Under the pieces are notes generated by a model. That model had not been told where the DNA came from. It worked only from the letters and a program-made list of their open reading frames with translations, and did not search any database. A stretch of 64,000 nucleotides of DNA from the NCBI GenBank assembly GCA_045565635.1, contig JBJLEY010000019.1:4280-68279 (forward strand), read 5' to 3'. Numbering within the stretch: position 1 is the stretch's first letter; each line of letters starts with the position of its first letter. This document shows positions 48,314 to 59,476 of the stretch, piece after piece. The position numbers were made by a program, and so were the translations under genes. Source of the DNA: Coraliomargaritaceae bacterium. Its GTDB lineage: Bacteria; Verrucomicrobiota; Verrucomicrobiia; Opitutales; Coraliomargaritaceae.

Positions 48314-48691
48314 TTAAATATGACGGGAATCTGATTCATCTTTATCCTCATAGCCACTCTCTTGACGATCATGGTTTACCTGATTCTTCTTTACGTAAGC
48401 ATTATAGACATCTTCTGGAGTCATTCCCATAACCTGTGCTAGCGAAATCAAGAAATGAAATAGATCAACAATTTCAACTTTTGCATTTTGCTCATCAAAT
48501 TCTTGATACTTAGCCCACCATTTCCACGGTACAGAATCAATCAACTCAGCTATTTCTTGCTGCATGGCGCGTGTATAGTTTAAAACCCATTTGGTTTTTT
48601 CTTCTTCACTAAGATTTTCGGTCACTACTCCAATTCGCTTATTGAGGGTGTCTTGCATTTCAAATATAGTATCTAATTTATCCATAATCAA
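48314..48691 (-). CDS. All-alpha NTP pyrophosphohydrolase (dimeric dUTPase / MazG-like)
   Basis: The 125-aa ORF has the pattern ...MQQEIAELIDS.PWKWW....D......E.VDLFHF. This is typical of dUTPase_2/MazG-like proteins. The specific substrate is unknown. Confidence 0.5.
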   Translation of the reverse strand: MIMDKLDTIFEMQDTLNKRIGVVTENLSEEEKTKWVLNYTRAMQQEIAELIDSVPWKWWAKYQEFDEQNAKVEIVDLFHFLISLAQVMGMTPEDVYNAYVKKNQVNHDRQESGYEDKDESDSRHI

Positions 48692-48894
48692 AAAAATTAA
48701 CGGCTAAGTATTTTACGGCAAGTTGATTTCTTTAAATTGAGAACAAAACAATTAAAACCTTGCACCTAAAAATGTTCCAATATACCCATTAATGTTAATC
48801 CGATAATAAAGAGTATTATGATTTAATAGAATATATCGGATGTCAGAAATAATCATAAAACGATTCAATAAAATAACCTAAACGGATAAATCAG

Positions 48895-49425
48895 ATGCCA
48901 GAATTCGAAGAAACTAATAATTCAAAAAAAGAAGAGGAAGCGTATTCTCCAAGAAACGAAAGCAGAACACGCTCAAGAAGAAGAAGCGGTGGATTTAAAA
49001 ATGACTCTGCCCCTACACAAGACTTGAACATCGGAGAAATTGACCCAAGTAGTGTACAAGCGGAAGCAAGTGATGAACAAGCCCCAGTGATTGAAGAAAC
49101 TCCTGTCGAAGCTCCGAAAGAAGCGAAGAAACCGGAACCGAAGAAAAAGAACGCGCCACTCAATCAAGATACATTGAGAGCAATTCAAGAGCTCGAAGAA
49201 AAAATTGCGGACAAGAAGCAAGCACGAGAAGCACGCTATGCAGAAAAACGCTCACGTGGTAATAATAGAAAACCAAAGAAAAAGACCGGCTTCTTTGGGG
49301 GTATTGCTAATTTCATTGCTTCACTCTTTGGTAAAAAACCAAAGCATAACAAAGGAGGCCAAAGAAATAGACGCTACTCAAAAGGGAAGCAAAGACGCCC
49401 GTATTCAAAAAATAAACACCGTTAA
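48895..49425 (+). CDS. Hypothetical low-complexity protein: acidic centre, strongly basic termini, one amphipathic segment
   Basis: The 176-aa ORF contains SRTRSRRRSGGFKN, KKPEPKKKN, GFFGGIANFIASLFG and a terminal GGQRNRRYSKGKQRRPYSKNKHR. No recognisable domain. It ends 19 nt upstream of murA. Confidence 0.4.
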   Translation: MPEFEETNNSKKEEEAYSPRNESRTRSRRRSGGFKNDSAPTQDLNIGEIDPSSVQAEASDEQAPVIEETPVEAPKEAKKPEPKKKNAPLNQDTLRAIQELEEKIADKKQAREARYAEKRSRGNNRKPKKKTGFFGGIANFIASLFGKKPKHNKGGQRNRRYSKGKQRRPYSKNKHR

Positions 49426-49444
49426 TTTTTAGACCTAAGTAACT

Positions 49445-50740
49445 ATGGATGTTTTCCGAGTTGAAGGCAATGGGCCACTGGAAGGAGAAATTAAAATAAG
49501 CGGTTCAAAGAATTCCGCTTTACCTATATTTGCAGCCTGTCTTTTAACGAGTGAACCCGTTCATTTAAAAAATATTCCCAACCTAAGCGACATTCGCTAT
49601 ATGGTTGAGATACTTGAATACCTAGGGGCAAAAATTGAGAATCCAGAAATAGGCGAATGGATAATCCATGCCGAAACTATATCTCACATTGCCCCCTATG
49701 AGCTTGTTCGAAAAATGCGCGCTTCTGTGTGCCTTTTAGGTCCTCTCGTTGCTCGATTAAAAAAAGCCGAAGTCTCAATCCCAGGGGGATGTGTTATTGG
49801 ACCTCGCCCAATTGACCTTCACCTCAAAGGCTTGAGAAAATTGAACTGTGATGTCCGTATCTCTAATGGCTATGTTCATATTGATGCTTCAAATATTCGT
49901 GGCTCAGATTTATTTCTAGGAGGGCGTAACGGAAGCACCGTTACAGGGACGGCCAACCTAATAATGGCAGCCGTACTGACACCAGGAACCACTCGGATTG
50001 AGAGTGCTGCATGTGAACCAGAAATCATCGACCTATGCCAATTGTTGGTAAAAATGGGTGCGCAAATTGAACAAATCGGCGGACCTGAATTAATCATCAC
50101 TGGAGTGGATGAATTACACGGATGTGAACACAGCGTCATTCCTGATAGAATCGAAGCAGGTACTTTTATTTGTGCCGCCGCTATAACTAAAGGTCATGTT
50201 ACCTTAAAAGGTATTTCCTATAAATACCTAGGAGCTTTCTTAGATAAGATTCAAGAAGCAGAGCTCCCTATGGAAATTTCTGATGATTCGATAACTATTC
50301 TACCATACCAAGGTAGCTTAAAGCCCGTAGATATCATTACTTTACCCTACCCAGGATTTCCTACCGACCTACAAGCACAAATGTGCGCTTTGATGTCTGT
50401 CACCGAAGGTATCTCCATCATTACTGAAAAAATTTACCCTAATCGCTTCATGCATATTCCAGAGCTTCAACGAATGGGCGCCAATATTGCGATTGAAGGA
50501 GCTAGCGCCATTATCAAAGGCCCTAGTCCATTTTCTGGAGCACCTGTCATGGCTTCTGATTTAAGAGCATCTGCCGCCCTTATCTTAGCAGGGCTTGCGG
50601 GCAATAACACAACTTGGGTGCAACGTATTTATCACCTAGATCGTGGCTATGAATCTTTTGAACAAAAATTGGCTGCACTTGGGGCTAAGATCGAACGTTT
50701 ATCCGAAAAAGAAATTCCAAGCGACTTATTAGATGCTTAA
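49445..50740 (+). CDS. murA: UDP-N-acetylglucosamine 1-carboxyvinyltransferase
   Basis: The blocks ISGSKNSALP and the catalytic-loop IPGGCVIGPRPIDLH are present, so the active-site Cys is retained. Length is 431 aa. Confidence 0.9.
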   Translation: MDVFRVEGNGPLEGEIKISGSKNSALPIFAACLLTSEPVHLKNIPNLSDIRYMVEILEYLGAKIENPEIGEWIIHAETISHIAPYELVRKMRASVCLLGPLVARLKKAEVSIPGGCVIGPRPIDLHLKGLRKLNCDVRISNGYVHIDASNIRGSDLFLGGRNGSTVTGTANLIMAAVLTPGTTRIESAACEPEIIDLCQLLVKMGAQIEQIGGPELIITGVDELHGCEHSVIPDRIEAGTFICAAAITKGHVTLKGISYKYLGAFLDKIQEAELPMEISDDSITILPYQGSLKPVDIITLPYPGFPTDLQAQMCALMSVTEGISIITEKIYPNRFMHIPELQRMGANIAIEGASAIIKGPSPFSGAPVMASDLRASAALILAGLAGNNTTWVQRIYHLDRGYESFEQKLAALGAKIERLSEKEIPSDLLDA

Positions 50741-50784
50741 ATTGTCTGTTGAATTTGCTCACATAATCTGTCTAACTTTTTTTC

Positions 50785-51822
50785 ATGGCTGAACCGGATA
50801 CAGAAATTCCTAATGATGAATCTTTTAACATTGAAAATGCCTTGGATGCATCCACTGAATGTCATGATTCCATCATTCGTCCCAGTGCCTTAGGAGACTT
50901 TTCTGGACAGAAAAAAACTGTTGAGCGTCTATCCATTATGGTTGGGGCTGCACTCGCTAGAAATGAGCCTCTCAATCATATTTTACTCAGTGGTCCTCCT
51001 GGCTTAGGTAAGACGACTTTATCCTTTATCATCGGCCATGAAATGGGCGCACAAGTTGTCATTACTTCAGGTCCTGTTATTGATAAGCCAGCTGATCTTG
51101 CCGGATTGCTGACTAATCTAAATGAAGGAGACATCCTCTTTATTGATGAAATTCATCGTATGCCTAAAACTGTTGAAGAATATCTTTATTCGGCAATGGA
51201 AGATTTTCGAATTGATATCATGATTGACCAAGGCCCTAACGCTCGAAGCGTCCGCCTAAATCTTCCACGATTCACTTTAATCGGAGCCACCACACGTATC
51301 GGATTGCTCACCGCACCCCTTCGAAGCCGTTTTACACTTCAGTCTCGCTTAGATTATTACGACCTACAGACCTTAGAAGGAATCATTAAGCGCACCTGCC
51401 AAATTCTCGATGTGCCTTTCACGGAAGACGGGGCGAGCGAAATAGCCAAACGTGCCCGAGGGACTCCAAGAATCGCCAACAATTTAATCAATTTTTGTCG
51501 AGATTATGCGATGCAAAAAAGCGACGGAGTGATCACTCAAGAACAAGCAAATAAGGCCCTTGAATTATTGGAAATCGATCACCGAGGATTGGATGAATTG
51601 GATAAAAAATTGCTCCGCATTATCGCGGACAACTACAAAGGCGGGCCGGTCGGACTGAGAACACTTGCCGTAGCTGTGGGTGAAGAAGCGCATACCTTGG
51701 AAGAAGTTCATGAACCTTTTTTAATACAAGAAGGCTATATTGCCCGCACCGCACAAGGAAGAATTCTTTCTGATAAAGGCTGGCAAGTTGTAGGGATCGC
51801 CCCGCCTAATCCACAAGCATAA
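50785..51822 (+). CDS. ruvB: Holliday junction branch-migration helicase RuvB
   Basis: Walker A is LSGPPGLGKTT and Walker B is ILFIDEIHR. RARGTPRIANNL is also present. Length is 345 aa. Confidence 0.9.
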   Translation: MAEPDTEIPNDESFNIENALDASTECHDSIIRPSALGDFSGQKKTVERLSIMVGAALARNEPLNHILLSGPPGLGKTTLSFIIGHEMGAQVVITSGPVIDKPADLAGLLTNLNEGDILFIDEIHRMPKTVEEYLYSAMEDFRIDIMIDQGPNARSVRLNLPRFTLIGATTRIGLLTAPLRSRFTLQSRLDYYDLQTLEGIIKRTCQILDVPFTEDGASEIAKRARGTPRIANNLINFCRDYAMQKSDGVITQEQANKALELLEIDHRGLDELDKKLLRIIADNYKGGPVGLRTLAVAVGEEAHTLEEVHEPFLIQEGYIARTAQGRILSDKGWQVVGIAPPNPQA

Positions 51823-51849
51823 AACTCACAATAAAATACCAACAGTTCA

Positions 51850-52416
51850 ATGGGCAGAAATTCGATTCATAAAATAAAGCGTACTCCACGGTACTCTCAA
51901 CCATCGTCCCCAATTCTCTTGGAAAATGAAGATGATTTGATGGATCTACTTGAAGGCAAAGAAAAGCCCCTATTGCTAATCCTAGAAGGCGTACAAGATC
52001 CGCATAATTTAGGAGCTTGTTTGCGAACAGCATCTGGTGCGGGTGTGCACGCAGTCATTGCCCCAGTCAAGGGCGCTTGTGGGATAACAGATACAGTAAA
52101 AGATATTGCCTGTGGTGGAGCCGATGATGTGCCATTCTTAAAGGTAAAAAATATACTTAGCTTCATTCGTAAGCTGAAGGATAAAGGCATACAAATTGTC
52201 GGGACATCCGATCGAGGCACAGACTGTCTTTATGATGTCGACCTCAATCAAGGGACCGCAATTATTTTAGGGAGCGAAGGATGGGGACTACGCAAAATTA
52301 CCGGTGAACTCTGTGATTGCCTAATCTCTATTCCTATGGAAGGTAATGTGGATTGTCTAAATGTTTCTGTTTCCGCCGGTGTTTGCCTCTATGAAACGGT
52401 TCGCCAAAGACGATAA
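51850..52416 (+). CDS. SpoU/TrmH-family RNA 2'-O-methyltransferase (RlmB-like catalytic domain only)
   Basis: SPOUT motifs LEGVQDPHNLGACLRTA, IILGSEGWGL and LNVSVSAGVCLYE are present. At 188 aa it is too short to include the usual RlmB N-terminal substrate-binding domain. Confidence 0.75.
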   Translation: MGRNSIHKIKRTPRYSQPSSPILLENEDDLMDLLEGKEKPLLLILEGVQDPHNLGACLRTASGAGVHAVIAPVKGACGITDTVKDIACGGADDVPFLKVKNILSFIRKLKDKGIQIVGTSDRGTDCLYDVDLNQGTAIILGSEGWGLRKITGELCDCLISIPMEGNVDCLNVSVSAGVCLYETVRQRR

Positions 52417-52473
52417 ATTTATCAACAGCTCAAGCCTCACTGCTTAACATTTTAAGAAATTATTTATATCCAA

Positions 52474-53655
52474 ATGATTCAAACAATCTTAAACAACACA
52501 GATACATTAATTGGACAAGAGTCCCTTGAAGAAAAGTTGAAGTCAGGACAGCCCTTAAAAATCAAATTAGGCGTTGATCCAACACGCCCAGATTTAACCT
52601 TTGGACATCTTGTTGTATTCAACAAACTCAGGCAATTCCAAGAGCTTGGACATGAAGCTAATTTAATCATTGGCGATTTCACCACCTTGATTGGCGACCC
52701 GTCTGGCCGTTCTTCCACTCGCCCAGTTCTCTCAAAAGAAGAAATTAAAGAGAATGCCAAAACCTACCTAGACCAAGCCTTTAAAATACTCGACGAAAGC
52801 AAAACTAAGGTGCACTACAACAGTGAATGGTTTGGTCAAATGGACTTTGAAGATTGCTTGAAACTTTCACGCAAAATGACGGTTGCACGTATGTTAGAAC
52901 GAGATGATTTTTCTAAACGATTTGCTTCAAATGCACCAATTTCAATTATTGAATTCCTCTATCCTTTAATTCAAGGCTATGACTCTTTGATTTTAGATGC
53001 CGATGTAGAAATTGGTGGCACGGATCAATTGTTCAATATGCTGGTTGGCCGTGCGTTACAAAAAGATGCCGGAAAATCAGAACAAGCCGTGATTACCATG
53101 CCACTTTTAGTTGGGCTCGATGGAACAAAAAAAATGTCCAAAAGTGCGGATAACTATATCGCCTTTACCGATTCCCCGAAAGATATGTTCGGCAAAATTA
53201 TGTCAATTGATGACACCACTATGTGGACTTACTATCAATTGCTTCTTGAAACTGCAAAGGACTCAATAGAAGCGATGAAGCAAGAGCACCCCATGCAAAT
53301 CAAAAAGAATTTAGCCAAATCACTTGTCGGACGTTTTTATTCTGAAGGTGAAGCCGAAAATGAGCTAGCCCAATTCGAACAGGTGTTTTCCAAAAATAAA
53401 ATTCCCGACGAGATGCCTACATTTAAATGGGATCAACTGAGTGGCAACTCTAACGAAGATTTAATCATTAATATCATGCATCAGACAAAGCTTTTTGAGA
53501 GCAAAGGAGCGATACGTCGATTAATTGCGCAAGGTGGTGTAAAAATCAACGGCGACAAAATCACTGACCCACAAAAAGCAATCACACATGGAGAAGAAGC
53601 TCTGGTGATTCAGGCAGGAAAGCGAATTTTTTTTAAATTACTCGAAAAGCAATAA
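52474..53655 (+). CDS. tyrS: Tyrosyl-tRNA synthetase
   Basis: The HIGH-type region is DPTRPDLTFGHLV and the KMSKS motif is exact. A C-terminal S4-like domain is present (IRRLIAQGGVKING). Length is 393 aa. Confidence 0.9.
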   Translation: MIQTILNNTDTLIGQESLEEKLKSGQPLKIKLGVDPTRPDLTFGHLVVFNKLRQFQELGHEANLIIGDFTTLIGDPSGRSSTRPVLSKEEIKENAKTYLDQAFKILDESKTKVHYNSEWFGQMDFEDCLKLSRKMTVARMLERDDFSKRFASNAPISIIEFLYPLIQGYDSLILDADVEIGGTDQLFNMLVGRALQKDAGKSEQAVITMPLLVGLDGTKKMSKSADNYIAFTDSPKDMFGKIMSIDDTTMWTYYQLLLETAKDSIEAMKQEHPMQIKKNLAKSLVGRFYSEGEAENELAQFEQVFSKNKIPDEMPTFKWDQLSGNSNEDLIINIMHQTKLFESKGAIRRLIAQGGVKINGDKITDPQKAITHGEEALVIQAGKRIFFKLLEKQ

Positions 53656-53740
53656 AACTATTGATTGTTAACGCATAATTCATTGACTTTCAGTAACGAT
53701 AGGAAAAACATATAGCATACTTTTTTAATTTCAAACACAC

Positions 53741-54763
53741 GTGATAGGACTTCTCTCCAACGATATCGGCATTGACCTCGGAACAGCAAACACACTGGTT
53801 TTTGCTAAGGATAAAGGCATCGTGCTTCGTGAGCCCAGTGTTGTTGCAATTTATACCAGCAGTAAAAAAGTTTGTGCGGTAGGATCTGAAGCCAAACGCA
53901 TGCTTGGACGTACTCCAGGAAATATCACCGCCATTCGCCCGATGCGAGATGGAGTGATTGCTGATTTTGAAATTACTGAAGCAATGTTACGTTACTTCAT
54001 TGGAAAAGTGAATCGTAAGAAAACTTTCATTGCTCCTCGTATTGTTGTCGCAGTACCTTCCGGAATCACCGAAGTTGAACGCCGTGCAGTGAAAGATTCG
54101 GCGATACGTGCAGGAGCCAGAGACGTTGTTTTAATTGAAGAGCCTATGGCAGCAGCGATAGGTGTAGGACTACCCATTGATGAACCGGCCGCAAATATGA
54201 TTGTTGATATTGGTGGTGGTACTACTGAAGTCGCTATCATCTCTTTAGCAGGCGTTGTTTATACCAAAAGTATTCGTGTCGGTGGTGATGAAATTGATAC
54301 CGCAATCATCAACTACATGAAACGCTCTTATAATTTGATGATTGGTGAGCGTACCGCTGAAGCGATCAAAATGACCATCGGCTCGGCATTTAAATTAGAA
54401 GAAGAAGCATCCATGGAAGTGCGTGGACGAGATTCTGTTGCTGGCTTACCTAAGACCATCACCATAACTTCGGAAGAAATTCGAGAAGCATTATCTGATA
54501 CCATTTCTGCGATTACTGACTTAGTAAGAAATGCGCTTGAAAGATGTCCCCCAGAACTATCCGCTGATTTGGTCGATAGAGGATTTGTTCTCGCTGGTGG
54601 TGGTGCTCTGATCAGCGGACTCGATCAATACTTAAGCGATGCCACAGGACTTCCCGTTATTATAGCGGAAGATCCACTCAGTGCAGTTGCCAATGGAACG
54701 GGCATGGTACTACAAGATTTAGCACTACTGCTAAAAGATGTTGCTGAAACAGGGAGAGGATAA
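53741..54763 (+). CDS. mreB: Rod-shape determining actin homologue MreB
   Basis: The blocks [23 protein letters not shown] and LAGGGALI are present. GTG start. Length is 340 aa. Confidence 0.9.
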   Translation: MIGLLSNDIGIDLGTANTLVFAKDKGIVLREPSVVAIYTSSKKVCAVGSEAKRMLGRTPGNITAIRPMRDGVIADFEITEAMLRYFIGKVNRKKTFIAPRIVVAVPSGITEVERRAVKDSAIRAGARDVVLIEEPMAAAIGVGLPIDEPAANMIVDIGGGTTEVAIISLAGVVYTKSIRVGGDEIDTAIINYMKRSYNLMIGERTAEAIKMTIGSAFKLEEEASMEVRGRDSVAGLPKTITITSEEIREALSDTISAITDLVRNALERCPPELSADLVDRGFVLAGGGALISGLDQYLSDATGLPVIIAEDPLSAVANGTGMVLQDLALLLKDVAETGRG

Positions 54764-54768
54764 AGACA

Positions 54769-55620
54769 GTGGCGCGAATTCGCCTCGATAGACTCACCCC
54801 AATTGTTACACTAATCGTGTTTCTCATAATTTGGTGGCTCACTCCAAGTTTCATCAAACTCTTTACCCAAGCATCTTTTGAGGAAATACAAGCTCCCATT
54901 TGGATCGCCACTGATAGCTTAGAAACACTTGCCAACAACACCGTAAACAAGACCAAGAGCAAACAGGCACTTATTGATACTATAGCCGAACTCAAACGGC
55001 AAAATGCTTATTACAAGCAAATCAAGAATATCAACGAAAATTATAAAACAGAAATTGATCGCTTGCAGTCAATTTTAGATCTTCCAAGTCGAGATCGCTT
55101 TCGCTATGAATTAGCCCATGTCATTCAGAGAAATATGGGAAGCTGGTGGCAGACTATTCGTATCAATAAAGGCTCAAAGCACGGAATTGAAGAAGGTGAT
55201 GCTGTCATTTTTATTGGGGGCGTTGTTGGACGTATTTCCAAAACCAATTATTACACCAGTCAAATCGACTTACTCTCAAATCATTCATTTAGAATATCCG
55301 CATCTTTTATTAATGATAATAGACCTTTATTCTACCAAGGCAAAGGCCCTGATTTATGGGGACAACCCAAAGGCAGAATCAAAAATGCCCCACAGGATTT
55401 AACAACTAACTCGGTCAAGCCATTACAGCTAGTAACAACAGGTCTTGGAGGCACTTTCCCGGAAGGAATTATCATAGGTCTCGTTCCGTGGCTTGAACCT
55501 GATAACACAGGCATGTTTCAGGCAGGAGAGGTTTTATTAGATAAACGACTTTTGGGAATCCAAGAGGTTGCTGTTCTGATTCCATTTAACCGTATAGACG
55601 CGATTAATCATGATTTTTGA
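54769..55620 (+). CDS. mreC: Rod-shape determining protein MreC
   Basis: The gene sits between mreB and mreD. It has an N-terminal TM helix, a coiled coil (LKRQNAYYKQIKN) and a C-terminal beta-domain with GGVVGRI and TTGLGGTFPEGIIIG. Confidence 0.8.
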   Translation: MARIRLDRLTPIVTLIVFLIIWWLTPSFIKLFTQASFEEIQAPIWIATDSLETLANNTVNKTKSKQALIDTIAELKRQNAYYKQIKNINENYKTEIDRLQSILDLPSRDRFRYELAHVIQRNMGSWWQTIRINKGSKHGIEEGDAVIFIGGVVGRISKTNYYTSQIDLLSNHSFRISASFINDNRPLFYQGKGPDLWGQPKGRIKNAPQDLTTNSVKPLQLVTTGLGGTFPEGIIIGLVPWLEPDNTGMFQAGEVLLDKRLLGIQEVAVLIPFNRIDAINHDF

Positions 55621-56143
55621 TAAACGGAGTCTGCTGCTTTTTGCTTCAAATGTACTGTTGCTTCACCTCATGCTTTTGGTCAATAGCAGTATTACCTTTG
55701 CTGGATTCAACCTCTTTATCCTTGGCCCTTTATTCATAATCGCTCCACTTTATTTACGTGCAGACCAATTTTTTATTACTTCCTTGCTAACTGGCTTTTG
55801 GGTTGATGCTGCTCTTCCAACACCTTTTGGTTTGGTTACCCTATTGATGCTTAGCATCGGATCTTTAATTTTATTAGTACGTCTTCGATTTCGGGCAGAG
55901 AAAAATTTTCATCCCGCCCTTCTTGCTCAAATTGCTAACTTTATTACTGGATTAACTTTCTTCTATTTATCCGTAAGTTCAAATTTCACAGATTTTTTTA
56001 ATCTTCTTTCTACCAGTTGTATCGAGCTTATAATTTCTCACCTCGCCCTTCTTGGTATCGCACCTTGGTTTTTTAATTTTCAACGCTCGCTCTTTTCAAT
56101 CTTTGAAACCAAAACGGAACCTGAATCTCTACCTTTTGTTTAA
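55610..56143 (+). CDS. mreD: Rod-shape determining protein MreD
   Basis: A 177-aa polytopic membrane protein that overlaps the mreC stop and precedes mrdA. The call is mainly positional. Confidence 0.6.
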   Translation: MIFDKRSLLLFASNVLLLHLMLLVNSSITFAGFNLFILGPLFIIAPLYLRADQFFITSLLTGFWVDAALPTPFGLVTLLMLSIGSLILLVRLRFRAEKNFHPALLAQIANFITGLTFFYLSVSSNFTDFFNLLSTSCIELIISHLALLGIAPWFFNFQRSLFSIFETKTEPESLPFV

Positions 56144-56149
56144 GCTATC

Positions 56150-58066
56150 ATGGAACATTATGATATCAAACGAAGATACAATCCAAGGATACTGTTATTC
56201 TTTTGGATCAATTTGATTCTAACTTCTATTTTGTTATTCGGATTAGCCAGGCAGCAGTTTTTCAAGAAAGACACCTATGAGGATATGGAACGCCGTCAAA
56301 CCGAACGCCGTATTTTCCTTCCTGGACCACGAGGCGATATCTACGACCGTAACGGAAACTTACTTGTCGGGAATCGTCCACATTATTCTGCTACCGTTAT
56401 TCTTGACGATTTAAGACCTGACTTTCGCAAAGAGTATTCAAAACTTATTCGAAAGGCTCGGTCCCAAATTGAAACAGAAAGCGTTAACGAAGAAGCCTCT
56501 ACCCGACTGCCAGATTATTATCAGCTAAAATGGGAAGCTCGTACCAATGTCATTCAAAAATACCTCGATATCATTGAGTCTATCACTCAACGAAAATCTA
56601 CGCTGAAACGAAGCAAAATCATACGCCATTTTAACGAGCAGTTATTACTACCTTTACCTCTCACACAAGATCTCAGTGCTTCTGAATACGCCCAGTTGAT
56701 TGAACGTCTTCCTGTTCGTTCGCCTATTAATATCCACACAAGTTCTGCAAGATATTATCCCTACAATGAACTTTCAGTTCATACACTTGGCTATGTACAA
56801 AACGTAAATCCTGATTTGAGTCAGCTACCTAAAGACGGTATTAAAAATTTTACCTACAAAACAAAAATTGGAAAAACAGGAATCGAAAACTCTTTTAACC
56901 AACAACTCATGGGGGAAAATGGTTATGAGATTTGGCAGGTCGACCCTCTTGGCTATCAAAATAAGCAGCTTGAACTAAAGTCACCTAAACAAGGGAACGA
57001 CCTTATCACCAGTATCGATATTGAACTACAAAAAGTTGCCGAGATCGCTTTAGGCAATCGGACTGGTGCGGCCATAGCCCTTGATATTGAAACAGGAGAA
57101 GTTCTTACCTTAGCCAGCCATCCAAACTACGACTTAAATGACCTAAGCCCATTTATTCCCCAAAATACATTTAATGAAATAAATGATGCAGGTGCTTGGT
57201 TAAACCGTGCGGTTCAACTTTCTTATCCTCCAGGATCAACCTTTAAATTAATCACCGCCATTGCTGGATTAAAGGCTGGGCTTATTGATGATACGACGAG
57301 TATTAATTGCCCAGGTGTTTATCGGGTAGGCAATCGCATCTACCATTGTCATGCGAAAAATGGACACGGTACAGTTAATCTTGAAAAAGCAATCGCTGCT
57401 AGTTGTAATGTTTTTTTCTACGATATCGGACTGAAACTAGGTATCGACAAAATTAATGCTGAAGCGAAGCATTTTAAACTCGATCAACATACAGGCATCG
57501 AACTTCCTTTCGAAACGAAACGCATTGTCATTCCTAGCAAATCTTGGAAGCGAGAAATCGTAGGGGATGGTTGGACAGCAGGCGACACTGCAAATACCGC
57601 TATCGGGCAAGGCTTTCTTCTAGTCACTCCCCTTCAAATGGCTTGTACAATAGCTTCCATTGCCCGCAATGAAACCCACACTCAACCCACACTTTTGGCT
57701 GTTCCAAGAAATGATCTCAGCAATCATTTACAAAATAGTCTTCCAACAGGGCTGACTCCAGAACAACGCAATCTTTTACTCAAAGGTATGCAAGGGGTCA
57801 CGAGTTCCATTGGCACTGGGCGCTTAATCCACATCGAAGATTTACCCATTGCTGGAAAAACAGGGACAGCTGATTTCCGAGCCCATGGCAAAGAAGTTAA
57901 CTTAGCTTGGTTTGTTGGATTCGCACCCATAAATAATCCCAAAATAGCAGTAGCCGTAATGGTTGAAGGGACTCAGGAATCTGACGATTATCATGGAGGC
58001 TCAACCGCTGGCCCAATTGCTAAAGATTTATTTCTTGCTTACCAAAAAAAGTATCTCAACCGCTAA
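56150..58066 (+). CDS. mrdA: Penicillin-binding protein 2 (elongasome transpeptidase)
   Basis: The three class B PBP motifs are present: SxxK (GSTFK), SxN (SCN) and KTG (GKTGTA). There is an N-terminal TM anchor. Length is 638 aa. Confidence 0.9.
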   Translation: MEHYDIKRRYNPRILLFFWINLILTSILLFGLARQQFFKKDTYEDMERRQTERRIFLPGPRGDIYDRNGNLLVGNRPHYSATVILDDLRPDFRKEYSKLIRKARSQIETESVNEEASTRLPDYYQLKWEARTNVIQKYLDIIESITQRKSTLKRSKIIRHFNEQLLLPLPLTQDLSASEYAQLIERLPVRSPINIHTSSARYYPYNELSVHTLGYVQNVNPDLSQLPKDGIKNFTYKTKIGKTGIENSFNQQLMGENGYEIWQVDPLGYQNKQLELKSPKQGNDLITSIDIELQKVAEIALGNRTGAAIALDIETGEVLTLASHPNYDLNDLSPFIPQNTFNEINDAGAWLNRAVQLSYPPGSTFKLITAIAGLKAGLIDDTTSINCPGVYRVGNRIYHCHAKNGHGTVNLEKAIAASCNVFFYDIGLKLGIDKINAEAKHFKLDQHTGIELPFETKRIVIPSKSWKREIVGDGWTAGDTANTAIGQGFLLVTPLQMACTIASIARNETHTQPTLLAVPRNDLSNHLQNSLPTGLTPEQRNLLLKGMQGVTSSIGTGRLIHIEDLPIAGKTGTADFRAHGKEVNLAWFVGFAPINNPKIAVAVMVEGTQESDDYHGGSTAGPIAKDLFLAYQKKYLNR

Positions 58067-58776
58067 AGCTTGCGAATATCAGCATAGCCCCCACTTGCGT
58101 TTTCTAATAAACGAGGGAATGCATTAATTAACTTTTTAGCACAGTCATAACCTGAAGGCATTGCCTCTGTTCCCTTCGCCGCTTTCAAAATTTTAATAGG
58201 GGCATGGCGAGAATCCGCGGGCAAAGCTGTCATATAATCCTGCATCGCCGTATCGACTAAACCAGGAGCAAAGGAAGTAAAATGTGTTGATGGGCACTCT
58301 TCTGCATACAATTTAATCAACATATTCAGTGCCGCTTTAGAGATACTATAGCCATTCCAGCCACGACTACCCGACAAAGATGCACCCGATGAAATTCCAA
58401 CAACTTGCTTAATCTTACGGCCTTCAGCAAAACAACTATCTAAAATCCATTTGTTTGCCCATAGATTAACTTCCATTGTTTCTTTTAATTCATCCATAGA
58501 GCATTCCTGCATGTCTTTGATTTTCCCAAGAATACCCGCATTGAGAATCACTAAATCAAAAGACTTAAGTTCTTGAATCCACGCTCGAAACTTCGGCTCA
58601 CTTTCGATTTGTTGAGCGATGTCTAAGTCACAAAAATTCAATCCCATCTCAACTAAATCTATCGGGCTTCGACGACTACAGCCATAAACCTCTGCACCCA
58701 TTTCTAAATAAGATTTGGCTAAGCCATGGCCCAATCCAGAGCTTACTCCAGTGATTAATATTCGTTCTCTGCTCAT
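58063..58776 (-). CDS. Short-chain dehydrogenase/reductase (SDR)
   Basis: The cofactor motif is [15 protein letters not shown] and the catalytic YxxxK is YSISKAAL. Length is 237 aa. Substrate unknown. Confidence 0.8.
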   Translation of the reverse strand: MSRERILITGVSSGLGHGLAKSYLEMGAEVYGCSRRSPIDLVEMGLNFCDLDIAQQIESEPKFRAWIQELKSFDLVILNAGILGKIKDMQECSMDELKETMEVNLWANKWILDSCFAEGRKIKQVVGISSGASLSGSRGWNGYSISKAALNMLIKLYAEECPSTHFTSFAPGLVDTAMQDYMTALPADSRHAPIKILKAAKGTEAMPSGYDCAKKLINAFPRLLENASGGYADIRKL

Positions 58777-58787
58777 TTATTATCTAT

Positions 58788-59384
58788 TTATTTTTTGGGG
58801 TCTGCTCTCCAGGTAAATGCATGACACATTGCTACAGCCGATGCATCCGATTCATCATAAGCTTTTTCGAAATCGACGTTTAAAAACCCTCCAACCATTT
58901 TTGCAACCTGCTCTTTGCTAGCTCGCCCATTGCCAACAGTTGCTTGTTTGATTCTCAAAGGAGCATATTCAAAAATAGGCAAGCCTTGCATCGCCGCAGG
59001 AGCCATTGCTGCTCCTTTAGCCGCTCCCATAATTTGTGCTACTTGAAAATTTTGAACATAGATAGTCTGCTCAATTGCTACGTGATCAATCGTGTGATTA
59101 TTGATTAAGCTTTCTACCTGTTTTGCAATTTTCCCCAAACATTCGACCATAGTAAATTTTTGCCCCAATTTCAAAGTCGCTTTATCTAATAATTCTGCCT
59201 TCGCTTTTTCATAGCGGATTACCGAAAAGCCCGCCCCACGTAAACTTGGATCAATTCCCAATACGACTCCGCTAAAGGAAGCTCCCAAAGACTGTGTATT
59301 CGACACATTAGAAATTGCCGCTGGATTATTAGTTTTTTTCTCCAGATAATCTGCCCACAGTTTGCGATTCGTTTTATTTGCCAT
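58788..59384 (-). CDS. ruvC: Crossover junction endodeoxyribonuclease RuvC, with ~35-aa N-terminal extension
   Basis: The blocks VLGIDPSLRGAGFSVI, VAIEQTIYVQN and a C-terminal ESDASAVAMCH are RuvC catalytic blocks. Confidence 0.8.
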   Translation of the reverse strand: MANKTNRKLWADYLEKKTNNPAAISNVSNTQSLGASFSGVVLGIDPSLRGAGFSVIRYEKAKAELLDKATLKLGQKFTMVECLGKIAKQVESLINNHTIDHVAIEQTIYVQNFQVAQIMGAAKGAAMAPAAMQGLPIFEYAPLRIKQATVGNGRASKEQVAKMVGGFLNVDFEKAYDESDASAVAMCHAFTWRADPKK

Positions 59385-59476
59385 AGACCGCTCAAACCAT
59401 GCATATTATTTAAACAAAAACAATTTTTATATGACCACGGCTTGCATCTATTTAAATACATCACAAAGATACTCGT

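Noticed and set aside
51850-52416. The SpoU-type methyltransferase lacks the usual RlmB N-terminal substrate-binding domain, so a truncation or pseudogene was considered.
   Set aside because: There is no room and no alternative-frame remnant for the domain between ruvB and this gene. Stand-alone SPOUT catalytic domains of this size exist, so it is likely a genuine short form.
53741-58776. The mreB-mreC-mreD-mrdA cluster is not followed by rodA (mrdB). A convergent SDR gene overlaps the mrdA stop instead.
   Set aside because: rodA can be encoded elsewhere. Its absence from the window is not evidence of absence from the genome.
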